DNA from: Phoronis australis
Lineage: Eukaryota; Animalia; Phoronida
Assembly (NCBI GenBank): GCA_002633005.1
Contig: NMRA01000486.1
Location: forward strand, 121,251-185,250
Length of the DNA stretch: 64,000 bases
Reading direction: 5' to 3'
In this document: piece after piece, positions 27,362 through 39,379 of the stretch
Layout of the letters: every line of letters starts with the position of its first letter
How positions within the stretch are numbered: the stretch's first letter is position 1
Notes under the pieces: model-generated
Databases searched by the model: none
The model's input: only the letters and a program-made list of their open reading frames with translations
What the model was told of the DNA's origin: nothing
Made by a program: the position numbers and the translations under genes

Positions 27362-29801
27362 GTAGGTGGCAGCACCTGTTGCATGAATTTTTATAAAGAG
27401 CATGGAAACCAATTCTGGTGTATTCCCAACATCCACAGAGCAAGTTGCTTTGGTCCAGTTTGACACAGGAGCAAACTTGCTGACAAACTTTCTGACAAAA
27501 GTTGGTCAAAAATCACTTGTTCATTGGGTAGCTCTCGCCAGTTATTCAGATAGTCTGATAGAAGTGTTTAAAATATAAACGAGTAACAAGAATTGAATCG
27601 AGTATCTCCTCCATGCGAGTCAAGCATCCAAACCATTCAGTAATGGCAATTGCCCATTGCCAAGCGGTTTAGAGAAACTTATTTAATTAGATTGTACTTC
27701 ACATCCGAAAGTCATGTGGTACCATAAAAATGTGAATTCCCATCCTACCAAAAATACCTCATTTCCCAGTGCTATGAGAGATAGCCCTGTGGATTGATCC
27801 TGTAACATGGCTTCTCATGGGTTCACAGAAAGAAATAACGATCAGACATTCCGATTGGTTGCAAATCGATATTCAAGCTATCCGGTTGGTTGATTTTGAA
27901 AAATGCATCGGTATACAGCTCCATCTACTGAGAATTGCCTGTTTGTGTTTTACGGTTGCTTCAATCACCAGAACAAAATTAAATCAAAGCATTCCACATA
28001 GGTTTGTGTTTTTAGTACACTCAAGATTACATATCAGTCAAGTTTTGTTGCACACGTTTCATTTAGTTTTAACTGTCGCGCTCAAGAAAACCAAAGGAAA
28101 ATTTGCTGCTGAGATACAATGTCCAAACCAAGACATGCGCTTCGGTGCCCACACACGGAGTTCCATGTGTTGTTTGCCATGATTACACAAGGTCACATAT
28201 AGGTGGCGCTGTGACAGCAGGTAACCAAGAAAATGCGCTTTTTGTATAGCAAGAGATTCGTAGGTCATTGATTGTGGCCTTCAATGTCTCTGGATCTTCA
28301 GAGGCCGAGTGTGATGTATGTGCGGGTGGTTTGAAAATACCGTCTTATTTAGGACACAAGGCAAAATAAAAATGGCTGTCCCCTCCAGCCCTATAAAACA
28401 TGCCGCGCCAATGTTTTTGTTTCGTAAGAAAGAAAGATTGGCAAAAGCATTAATTTTGGTTTCTTAGTTTATGGGGCCAAGCATTGGTGGCAAGTCCTAG
28501 GATGCAATGAGATACTTATTGATTTCTAAACCAATCGTAACATCGTCATTGGAACTGTCCATGTAAATGTTTATTACATCATCAAGAGGCAGTCTATTTA
28601 CACAATCCAAATCAACTTTCAACATGTTTTTTACATGGCCATGTAACCTAGGCTGCTTTCAATAAGGCTCATAACTTGCCAGTATAGTAGATAACACTAC
28701 ATGTAGTGTTACGCAAACCCTTGCCAGTTTTTCGAGAGATAGCGTCTGGCCTGAGTATCCAGACTCTTGCAATATGGTTGCTACTGATGGCTGATTGGAT
28801 GGACACTCCAGAGCATTGGATTATGGGAGTACATTGTGCGTAAACTGTCACAATGCTCAGGATTTCCAGTGTCACGTAAGCCAAGAGATCATGAAATACT
28901 ATCTCTCAATTAACTTGTTGTATTGAACGCCCCCTGGTGTACCAGAGGTAGGAAAAGCTGCATGTTAGTCTTCTAAGAACACTGTTTCAGAACAATGATC
29001 ACACTCATAATAATAATTCAAGAAATAACATAAATCATAAATAATGGTCACACACATAAACCTGAGCTTATTTTTTTCTAAGCAAAATAATAATGAAATG
29101 TTTACTCAGAGAATGGCTAGACATAAGATTTTTCAACAAAGTAGCAGCACTGTCTTAAACCTGATCTAACAACATACAGATATACAGCACTACCCTTTAT
29201 GATTTACAAGTCTAATCTATCATACAAAAATAATAGGTCAAACTAGGTACCTTAAAACTATGGTGTTTTGAGCTAGAACAGTTAGTACTAATATATAGAA
29301 GTGTTAAAACATCTCCTTTCATGTGCCTATTCAAATGACTTTTTTAAGGACAGCAAACATCTAGACACACGCATGACACAGCACAGATTTGTGGGATATG
29401 AGTCCTCTAATTCAAAGTCCATGAAGTGTCACGCAGACGATCGCCTGTTCAGTAACATTGAGCTGCTTGTTTACTCATGACCAAGTGAACTTGTGGCTTG
29501 AATTGCTGTTCAAGTGAAGTGATCTCTACAGATTGTGCGTCTAGGTGGACAGGTGGCGCTGTGATGCCACTACTGTGACAGCAGTTGCACAATCTTTTGT
29601 ATGTAACATGTTTCGCAATATCCCTAAAGAGGTCACTTGTTCTACATTGCTGTTTCACTTCTGGAACACTCCACTTAAATCATTATCTCTTTTTATCTGT
29701 GAATAATGTTAATTTTTACGTTTGTGTTTCAATATTATATTCTAGAAAACAGGTAACTGAGTAACTTACAAACTGTAAATATAATAGACTAGCACACAAT
29801 T

Positions 29802-29807
29802 TTTATT
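29802..29807 (-). terminator. Candidate polyadenylation signal of bZIP gene A
   Basis: AATAAA on the minus strand about 860 nt downstream of the stop codon, in AT-rich sequence; the first one I noticed. Confidence 0.4.
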
Positions 29808-30670
29808 GTTATCACTAATACTTAAATCTTGCAAGATTTAAACATAGTAAAAACAAAATTTTATACGCACTAATTCTTCACTTACTAAGCACACATTTAG
29901 GTGGACAAATGAACACTCATTTTGTCAAAATTGTGAACAAAACATAAAAATTAAGAAAATTTTAGTCTATCTTGGCTTTAATCTCTAGATGTCATAAAAC
30001 AACTTTTGCTAGAGTTTCCGTTATTTGCAATAAGGTAACTAGCCTATAAACTGATCATTTTGGCAATGATTTTGTGCAAAATAAGCGAGGAATTAATTTA
30101 GTTATCAAGTTGTTCACAAAACTGATAATACCATGCGCTAAACGGAATTGATAGGCATTCCCAATCCTCCTTTACACTACTTGTCTGGTGCTTCTGACTA
30201 TAAGACACAGTGAGTTATATCTAGATGAGAGCTAATTTACATATTCATGGACTTAATGACTAATGCTTCCAGTTTTCCTCTATGTTTCGCCATGACTAAT
30301 GTGTCTCTGCTGATTATGGTGGAACATCGTAACGTAGACAGACAACAACTCTAGAATCATAACAGAGGCAGACAAACTGTAAACTGGATCATTTGTCATT
30401 GTTGCAACTGCTTGACATAGGCACCGAACAAGGGCATGTCAGATGTGTCTGTAACCATGACTTCACGCAATCATCTTCTATGGGTGTAGTCTTTCATCTG
30501 TTCTTTCTATACTTAATAAACTCATCTTGGTAATGTCCTTCGTGTGTAGTATCAATCTATACATAATGAACTCGCATAGCATAGTTGTTCCATCTGTCAT
30601 TTCTATAAATAGTGGTGATCCCGTAACTGAATACTGGCAATAGTTACTGGTGCATTCTGGGAATGTATTA

Positions 30671-31162
30671 TTATGAGTTGTATAGTAGACACCGGAGTTT
30701 CTCAATCTCGCCTCTCAACATTGCCACCTCTGTACGTAACTGAAGGTTCTCCTGATCTAAGAACACTACCCTCATGGCGATCTGTTCCTCCTTCATACGT
30801 CGCGCGTCACGTGACCGTTTGGCTGACTCATTATTCTTCCTCCTCTTGTCCCAGTATTGCGAATCCTTCTGGTCAGTGGGAACCTGTTGTACCCTCTTCT
30901 TGGGGGGCATTTTAAACCCTTCCTGGTCACTCTCTTGTCTGCTGGACGATGACACTGGCGACCCAGTCTCGTTTTGATCGTGACTATTATCGTTTGGCTC
31001 CATCTGGTGATGGCTTGTGGTACTGGGATGTGAGAGGGTTTCTGGGCTGATTGAGTTCACCATGGGTTTCTGCATGACAGCCGATTGATGGTTGGAAGAG
31101 AGGTTGCGTGGAAGATGCATGTTAAGCATCTCGTGTGATGACCCATGGTCAATGACTGACTG
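30671..31162 (-). CDS. Nested bZIP gene A, last coding exon: PAR/CES-2/giant-like basic leucine zipper domain
   Basis: tattgcag acceptor (CAGCAG), open to TAA at 30671. [58 protein letters not shown] is a PAR-family basic region plus four-heptad zipper. Confidence 0.95.
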   Translation of the reverse strand, partial: QSVIDHGSSHEMLNMHLPRNLSSNHQSAVMQKPMVNSISPETLSHPSTTSHHQMEPNDNSHDQNETGSPVSSSSRQESDQEGFKMPPKKRVQQVPTDQKDSQYWDKRRKNNESAKRSRDARRMKEEQIAMRVVFLDQENLQLRTEVAMLRGEIEKLRCLLYNS

Positions 31163-31496
31163 CTGCAATAGAAAATTTAACTGAAATGTAGTACTTTGTA
31201 AGAGCGACCCCCCTGAGTTGAAATGTTTTTTACATTTAGTCAGCTGCACTTACCTGGATGCTTACCACAAGTTTGGTGCCCATTATTCAGTTGAGAAGAC
31301 TGCTTCTCAAAATCTCAGACCCCTGTGGCTATTACAATTTTTTTTCTAACATATTTATATCACGCTACTTATTTTTACTTAAAAAATGCTAAAAATGTTC
31401 ATTTATTCGCCAGACTGTGTGCTAAATTGGAGATTATATCATTTGTGCGTGGCCGTGTAGTGAGCATGTAATAAGACTTTATAAACACCAGCTCAC

Positions 31497-31631
31497 CTGC
31501 ATGTATGCTGGCAGGGTCATGGCATGTTGGTTGGTATAGAAGCCGGTTGGGCGGGGCTCAGGTGTGTTGCCGAACGACTTGAATGGTCTGCTGTAGTCTC
31601 TCTGCATGCTGACACTGTTGTAGATGAGCAT
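31497..31631 (-). CDS. Nested bZIP gene A, first coding exon (45 aa; protein about 208 aa)
   Basis: ATG at 31631 after an in-frame TAA, CAG|GTGAGC donor, phase 0 into the next exon. MLIYNSVSMQRDYSRPFKSFGNTPEPRPTGFYTNQHAMTLPAYMQ aligns with exon 1 of gene B. Confidence 0.88.
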
Positions 31632-32498
31632 AGCTTGACGTTGGCTTTAACAGGAAGTAGTCACTGGGCAGCAGCCATATTGGCAAGTGACATCACTGGA
31701 ACCAGAACACCATATCATCCTGACAGTCACAACTAAACACAGTCAACCATTTGTGTACCATAAAAAGTCCTTAATTTCTGACACCACAGAATTCTAGTTC
31801 CTTGAGTATTTGTCATCTTTTTTTTAATTTCTGAAGTAAAAGCAAATGTTATAATCAAGGAATGTTGACTATAATTGTTTGCGATCTCAAAAATGTGCCT
31901 TTCTCCTAAGTCATAAACCATTTAAAAGTGCACTGTGTATATGGTGGTGTAACCCTGTTAACTGTAAGAATTTTTTATTCAGTACCTTTAAGGGAAATAA
32001 TCATTCTGTGAATATAAAGGTAAAACTGTCCATGTAATCTGAAAACACAAAGAATTAACATTAAAATCTTTCTGGTAGTTCAAACATTAACATTTTAAAC
32101 TTGAGTTTGTGACCAGTATAAAACATTTCATCACCAGCCTTTGCAGCCAGTCAACCTCTCAGTCATTGACATCATGGTCGTGTAACATACATCCCCCTCA
32201 TTATACTCTAGCCCTCCTGGTGGCTAGTTGGTCATTAATAAATCATGACTAGTAACAGTTCAGTCTAAGTCAGTCTAAATGATCAACCACTTGAGACTCT
32301 GTCCCATTGTCTCCTCTATTTGAAAGGAAAACAGTTGAAAGCCATGGAAGTCAATTAAACTGGTTACTAGGGCAACACCTCATTTAGGCGTGACCTGGAC
32401 CCAAACCAAGAGCGGCCTCTAGTGCATGTAGCTCTCAGATTGAGACATGAAAATAAGACAATTGAATGAAGCAGCCTTACGGTCATAATTTTAAAGGA

Positions 32499-32574
32499 GC
32501 GGGTACGCCCATGAAAGGCGGGTACTGCCATGAAAGGCGGGTACTGCCATGAAAGGCAGGTACTGTCATGAAAG
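32499..32574. repeat. 19-bp tandem repeat, about 4 copies
   Basis: gcgggtactgccatgaaag. Confidence 0.85.
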
Positions 32575-33056
32575 ATGCATGCGAGACATAGTTCTCAGAA
32601 GGGTGTTTCATAACGAGTTTTCCTGGCTGAAGAGTCCACTTAGGAGTTCGAAACTACAAAAGGTTTCTTTTGTAGCCAAAAATCCACTCATTTTTGACAG
32701 CATTATACCTGTTCTTCTATAATTTCAAGCTTAAATTAAACACCAAGAATCTCTTCAAAAGGGTTAGATTCATGGGATATTAAAACAATATTTCTGGAAC
32801 ATAAACCTACACAAGGCTGACTCTTTCATGTAAACTCTCTACAAATGGGTCCCATCTTTGAGCACACTCTAAATTACTGGGTATCCCTAATTTTCCAGCT
32901 TCACCCGCCCCCCGCCCCCCTCAAAAACATAGCAGCATTCTTCTTAGGCATACTGGCCACTTTCCTTTGTTCATGCGCATTACTTAGCTTACTGACTCCT
33001 ATTGTGCTTGCTCACCAATTAGCTCTCTGTCTGCACCAGGCCTTAAGTAGTGTGTC

Positions 33057-33690
33057 AACAGCTGACTTTCAAAGTAGCCATGCCAATTTGAAATTCACTA
33101 ACCCGCCAGACGGCGATCAGGTTTTTGGTGGACAAGTGCCACCTACAGATCCCATGTAATGCGGAGGGAGGTTTCAACCTACTGGTATAAAATGCGTTTT
33201 AACACCTTCCTGACATTATAATGCCGACAGATTTCCACTGCTGTGTGGTGTGGTGTACTTCTGGCTTACGGAAAAAGGTACCTTTTGAAATGTCAATGGA
33301 TGAACAAGAACATCATGTTCATACATTTCTTACTGCGAAGAAATGTGCGCAACAAAGCCAGTGGCTGCGGCCGATAAACCGGGAGAATTTCGATCCCAGC
33401 AGGGGTTAAAAAGCTAAAATAAACTAGTGAATTTTAGCTATTTGAACAATGGGGGGGACTGAAGGTGACTTGCATTCACCTACATTTAAATTAATGAACT
33501 GCTATGTAGTAATTGAATTTCTGTCCAACAAATCTGAGTTGGGATCAATCAGAAGACACTTTCATGCCCTTGTTACTCTAGAGAGCATCAATACGAAAAG
33601 TCCCCGATACCACCTCCGTGAATTCTACATCAAACGGCTCTTCAAAGGGGTTTTCACCAGACATTTATGGAGGGCAAGAGTCTGATATAA
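33057..33690 (+). mobile_element. Decayed THAP-domain DNA transposon (ISL2EU/Harbinger-like)
   Basis: MPTDFHCCVVWCTSG...HTFLTAKK...QWLRPINRENFDP at 33221 is THAP-like; NGSSKGFSPDIYGGQESD at about 33633 resembles the Harbinger DDE YGG..SD motif. The 5' region is shared with 47574-47979 and 62199-62715. Confidence 0.6.
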
Positions 33691-33993
33691 CGTGCCCATG
33701 TTTTGAGAACCAGTTGTTGCCCGTTATTCAGTGGAGAAAACTAGTTTGCAAAATGCGGGCACTTTATATCCGATTATTACCCTTATGTTACTCTACACTG
33801 ACAACATAAACCTATTCAAAGCACTCTTTATATATATAGTAGTATATCAACTGGATTGTGCAAATTAATTTGCTTCATTTAATTTTATTTAGACATGTGC
33901 ATTAATTCGTAAGTTATCGTCTGCTCTTCTAAAGCAGTGTTTCCCTTACAGCATGGCCTAATGCATCACAGGTTTTTATTGATTTTGACTTAC

Positions 33994-34135
33994 CACTGGT
34001 CAACACCTGACAACTTGGAATCTTTTTCAGCAGAGTCTCGTGCTGAAACTGGTTGCATTGGCGAACAAGCTTTCCATCCTTAACCAATCAGTGATGTATC
34101 AGAACAAGAAATGTAATTGGTCAAGGTCAATGCTC
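33994..34135 (-). promoter_or_regulatory. Candidate promoter and non-coding first exon of bZIP gene A
   Basis: GTG|GTAAGT donor at 33994/33993, Inr-like CCAGTT near 34050, two CCAAT boxes (about 34084 and 34117) and GGTCAAGGTCA nuclear-receptor half-sites. A matching strong acceptor ttttacttcag lies at 31831. Confidence 0.4.
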
Positions 34136-37100
34136 TGTGTGTGATACTGTTTGGGAGTGTTGCTTGAGTAACAGTTGTACATATGTTTGACTATCAGCTT
34201 CATCACGCACCATCACTCTGTTCTGGTCCCTGAATGATGGTAACAGTTGTCAGGGTTTTGTCAAAAAAGATATACAGTAAATCGTATTTTGTATACTTTC
34301 CAATTGCTTTTCTCTTTTCTAAAGGTTATATTTCTATAAAATTGGATCAATTCGTATGACATGACTATTTTTTTTTTGAAGAATTGAAATGTGATGAATT
34401 TTGGACACTCTATGTGTGTGGTGAATTCATTACCCATCTTGATAAGCAAATGTTCCTGTAGGCAGTAGCACATCCTAATCCATTCTGTACACAAGACAAT
34501 TTGCTACAAATTACACTTAACCCTCTCTAGATGGACATCTTTGGAAACAGTTGCAATCTTTAAATCTGTAAAACTCTAACAAATATTCGGAGGATCTACG
34601 TAGTTACTGAACAGTTCTTCATTATGTCAATGAAACTGAGAACAGATGAGGTCACCAGACATGCCCAAAGGAGGCTGCACAGACAGGGACGGTCTAATGT
34701 TCCTCCAGACCCTCAGTTCAGTGGGTTGCTGTCTCTTCATTCATGAAGGCATCCTATATTTATCTTTAAAAAAAGACTCTGTGTATTGATTAATATTATA
34801 ACTCATTGATTGGGCGTCTTACTGAGATAAAAAACATGAAAATTCCCAGAGTCGATTTGCCAATAAATAATTCATAATTATGCGACTGTCGTGGGTGCCT
34901 ATTGTCAACATCTTTGTCTGTGGATGTCCGGCCGTTCGCTGCTTTGTCACCTAAACCCCTTACAGGATCTTAATGAGATTTTACGGATGTGGTCCTATGA
35001 AATTGACGACATGAAAAAAAATCTTGGACTGATTCGACTTTTGCAGTGTCCTCAAATGGCAATATTATTAGTTTACATTTGTTTTATCTTGTAGTTTCTT
35101 GATAGATTTTCATGAAATTTTGCAAATGGATTTTATTAAGGCAGCAACAATACCTTCCCATTTGACCTTTACCGCGCCACCTGGGGGGCATTTTAAAAAT
35201 TTTCAAATCCATTTTTGACGTCTGCTTCCCTGTCAGCCAAAACGCTAAGAGGATCATTGGGAAAATTAGTAGATGTGAAGACTGTGGTTAACTCTTTCTG
35301 TCGAAAATGATCTGCCATAAATCACTCAAAAATGTCCAGAAAGTATCATGACCTGGTGTTGATGAATAACACTGCATAATGTGGGATACGCCCCCAAGGT
35401 ACGTCATTAGTGCAAAGGTCTCCTAGTTGCAGAATTTTTTCTCTTCACATTTACAAACTGTCAGTGAATACAACTGCACTTTGTTTAATGTAGGTGTTGT
35501 TCAAATAGCATTGTCATTTAGTTCCTGCTATACATTAGCATAGGTAGGAGCATGCAAATACATCTTTAAGGATAAAATGATGCCGTGCCATTTCCAGATG
35601 GATTCGGTATATTTTTGTGCCACCCTGAAGCCATTTTTTCATGTGCATTTTTCGACGTCTGCCTCATTATCCACCGAACTGCTCAAAGGTTGTGTTCCTG
35701 ATCGAAAGAGCGTAGACCATGACTGACATTGGTTCATTATGAAACTAATAAGACAACTGGAAGCGTACCGATTGAGGGACAGTTGTGGACCCATTTCAAC
35801 ACTCCACATTGCTCTTATTAACTGTTCACTTATCAATTAAATATGCAAAATTGGTTGTATACACGACACATCATTGTTAACAATCTTTATTTTGTTCCAT
35901 TCGTATCTTCAGAACAAAGTTCGACACTCAACAGAACATTGGTATTGCAACTGATCAACTGATTAATTGGCATTTATGACAATTCTCCACTTCAGTCAAA
36001 CAAAAATAATTTTCCGAAATTGTCACATTTCTATTTTGCAAAGGCTTATTGTCAACTTTACCAAATGTTTTCAGACTCTGTACTACAAGCCATGCTGGTA
36101 TGATAGTAAAACTTTCTAAATTGATAGTTTTGTAGCAAACTTAAAGAAAATCAAATTAGTTGTCCGAGAGTGCGCGGAATGTGTGCAGAATTGCCGTATT
36201 TTGAAGTTCAGTATGCGATTGGTCAAATATTGAGAGAAAAGTGACTCGCAGTTATAGTATGAATTTATTTAATGCATCATATGAACTCCATATTTACAAT
36301 GAGTTTGAGGATAGAAGCATTCAAGCTACATGCTCTTCCTAACAATGTTAATAGAACTGAGCTGAGGCCACACACTTCCTAACAATGTTAATAGAACTGA
36401 GCTGAGGCCACAACCCCAAACCGTATGAGGTAGTCTGGCTGCAAAGTTGAACACAGTATGAACTCGGCTGTAGTTTTAGCACATCAGATGAGTCAACACA
36501 ATACTATCTTCCACTACCCACTTTGTACCTCAGATAATAATCGGAGAAAATGGGAAAACCACAAACACCAGTTTGCTTATGCACAGATCATAAATAAACA
36601 ACAAGTATTAGATTTTTTGGCCGTTTGCTATCGTTGGCCAGGTTATATAAAAGTCAACCACCTGTGGTATCACTTGCACTACATTACACACCACTGATAC
36701 CTATTATGAGGTGATAGTCACCAGCTAGCCATGGATTATTACTTGACTCGAGCCACCCAGGCATCCGATGTCCCTTTTCATGCTTTGACCAATTACACGC
36801 TGTAGAAACCATAAACTCCTGATGGTGCAGTGCAAACAAAATAAGCAGATGATGACAAAATATCAAAGCAGATAAGAGATGGAAAATATCGGAAGGAAAT
36901 AAACGGTGGTCATATAATAAAACAAATATTGACTGATCTCTCTGGCATATGACCTCATATATACCATCACCCTCAGGCAACATTGCTCCGCCACGTTTCA
37001 TGACCTCATGTCACATTCTGGATCTATCCATCTATATTTGTATTAAAAGTTTACAGGCATACATTATCAATGTACACCATTACAGTACTTAAAGTAAATC

Positions 37101-37364
37101 CACGCGTTAACATTTCTAGCAATTATGTGTTCAGGTTTTATGAAAGACTTGGAAAGGAATACATTTGTAGGTTGATACTTGGTGTACTCATGAACATTGA
37201 CTATTTTTGATTGCCATAATAACAACCATTGCTAATTATAAACAGAGGTGGGTCAGCTATGTCTTAAATTATTAACAGGAAGTTTACTTTTGGTATTTAC
37301 ATTGTAGCTCATTTAATAACATGAATAATGAAATCCACATTTGCCAATCTATTAAAAATCTGTT

Positions 37365-37869
37365 TCAAGGCCTTTTCATACTGACTTAACTCTGGTCTGA
37401 GTGGAGCATTTACGTAAAGTGCGAAGTTAACCGAACCGTTCATACTGGCTTCGGTAATTAACGGACTTCGAAGTGAACGGTAGGCGGTCTTCGAAACAAT
37501 CACATAGTAGCGCTACATGCTAAGATTTTTTTAATGTGACAATTAGAGAACATTTAAGTGTGCTAATTGACAAAAAAAATTAATTTTAATTCGATTGGTG
37601 ATTATTAGAGCAAAATTTAAGCAACTATTAGTAGCGACACTACCCTGTAACTGTTGACGATAACAGTGGCACTGGCGATAACTTCGATAGGACCGAAGTT
37701 GACCATTCATACTGCACCGCACCGTCAATGTTCCGCTCTTAAATCCACCTGTTTACTGCAGTTTTAACTGGCGCTGTTAACTTCAATCCAGGACCGAAGT
37801 TAAGCGTTCATACTGACTGCAACTCCCCCAAAACATTGACGTGTCGACGTTAGTATGAAAGGCCCTTGA
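37365..37869. mobile_element. MITE with terminal inverted repeats (PIF/Harbinger-like)
   Basis: Left TCAAGGCCTTTTCATACT versus reverse complement of the right end TCAAGGGCCTTTCATACT (16/18); internal gaagttaa..gttcatactg repeats. Confidence 0.75.
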
Positions 37870-38269
37870 GTTTGTGGTAGTACAATTCAGAAATGTTAGG
37901 TCCAGTAATTTAGTATCCCAATTCTACAGTTTCTCGCACATTGACGTGGACACAACTGAGTCGAGTGTTGACCCTACAGTTGCAGCGCATGGATCCATGG
38001 ATGGGTGGTACGCTGATAACTTGATTTAGTGCCGAATATTTTACTTGACCTGATTGTCACAGTGTGTGGCTTTAAATGCCAGTATAAAAATCTCCAAACC
38101 TCTCGTCTGTCCTAAGCCACAACGCTCATAATATATTAAAATGTCTTTCATCCAAACTTCAGCACTTACAAAAACTTGAGATACACCAATATCACCTTGT
38201 CAGAAACACTGTCAGGGAGTCCCGCAACCTAATAAATACCGTGACCCGAGTGTCACCTGGTGTTAGTGT

Positions 38270-38800
38270 TCAGGCATTATAAAGCAAATACCTGTATTCC
38301 TCAATCTTCTTCCTAAACATCACCACCTGTGTACGTAGCTGAAGATTTTCTTGCTCCAGGTAAACCACTCTCATCGCGATCTGTTCTTCTTTCATACGCC
38401 GTGCGTCACGTGACCGTTTTGCGGACTCATTATTCTTCCGCCTTTTTTCCCAGTATGAGGAATCCCTTTGGTCTGGGGCAACCTGATGTGGTCTTTTCTT
38501 AGGTGGCATCTTAAACTCATCCTCGCCTTCTGATTGGCAAACGGGTGGCGGTGATGACGATGAGATAGAATTTTGCGGTTCCAGTTTCACATCCTCATCA
38601 CTGGTGCTTTCTATGGGGTTACCATTGTGATCCTCTTCGGTGGCAGTGCTGCGATTAGGCATGGAGTCAGATATGTCTGTAAGGTGTTCCGATGTTGGCT
38701 TCATCTCACTAGTGCTGTGTTGGCTTAAGCCAGGACCTATGCTCATGGGTAGACCCATAATGCTAGTGTTCGTAGGTGGAGCCACTTGCTCAGTCGTCTG
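38270..38800 (-). CDS. Nested bZIP gene B, last coding exon: PAR/CES-2/giant-like basic leucine zipper domain
   Basis: ttcttgcag acceptor (CAGCAG), open to TGA at 38270. [48 protein letters not shown]. Confidence 0.95.
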   Translation of the reverse strand, partial: QTTEQVAPPTNTSIMGLPMSIGPGLSQHSTSEMKPTSEHLTDISDSMPNRSTATEEDHNGNPIESTSDEDVKLEPQNSISSSSPPPVCQSEGEDEFKMPPKKRPHQVAPDQRDSSYWEKRRKNNESAKRSRDARRMKEEQIAMRVVYLEQENLQLRTQVVMFRKKIEEYRYLLYNA

Positions 38801-39253
38801 CTGCAAGAAAGTAATCAACAGCCTTGTTCTCTATGATCACTGCACGTGCTTGGTGATTTTGACAGAAGCTTGAGTGACAGTGTTTACAAAATCTTAGGTT
38901 TGAATTGGCAATTATGGTCTTGAAATTTGGGCTGTATTCTGTTAGTGCTAGGCATTCCTGAGACAGTAGAGCAATAAGTCTTTGCTTGTGCTATGAAAAC
39001 TAAATTTTCTTACATTATTCAACTGCCTCCTTTACTAAGAAGGCCTAGAATCTTTGGATATCTACACTTGCTGAGTCTCCAAAATACTTGTGATACACTT
39101 TTACTCTACGTCGAATAACTGCATTTACATTTAGTATTAAGTTGAAAGTTGATTTGAATACATTTGTGACATCCACCTTCCTGAAAATAATAACCTATTA
39201 CATTGATTATGTAATAAAATTATTTATTAAATGAACAAAATGTTTTCACGCAC

Positions 39254-39379
39254 CTGTAAATATGGTGACATGGCATAGTTTCCATAGAACGGTATCGGAA
39301 GATTTGATGATGTGTGTGAATAACACTTGAATGGTCGCTCAAAGTCACGTTGCATGCTGGGAGGAAAGTGTGTTAGCAT
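39254..39379 (-). CDS. Nested bZIP gene B, first coding exon (42 aa; protein about 218 aa)
   Basis: ATG at 39379 in the context GTCGAGCTATGCT (gene A has GTCAAGCTATGCT), CAG|GTGCGT donor. MLTHFPPSMQRDFERPFKCYSHTSSNLPIPFYGNYAMSPYLQ. Confidence 0.88.

Noticed and set aside
30804-30820. Exonic E-box or gene conversion (GCGTCACGTGACCGTTT identical in both paralogs)
   Set aside because: Only about five synonymous sites are involved and neighbouring codons differ; amino-acid constraint plus chance is sufficient.
31163-31249. N-terminal part of the 192-aa ORF as coding (likewise 38801-38818 and 39380-39532)
   Set aside because: The first two lie upstream of AG acceptors and are intronic; the third is predicted leader with a non-ATG start. 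Paralog alignment supports ATGs at 31631 and 39379.
36335-36412. Isolated two-copy duplications (also 11888-11935, 44553-44626, 46305-46394)
   Set aside because: Ordinary local tandem duplications of about 23-50 bp with no further structure.
38135-38152. mir-71 gene or target site (TGAAAGACAT on the minus strand; similar at 30489)
   Set aside because: The match covers only the first 8-10 nt with no hairpin, and the seed-complementary sequence is on the strand opposite the bZIP mRNAs.
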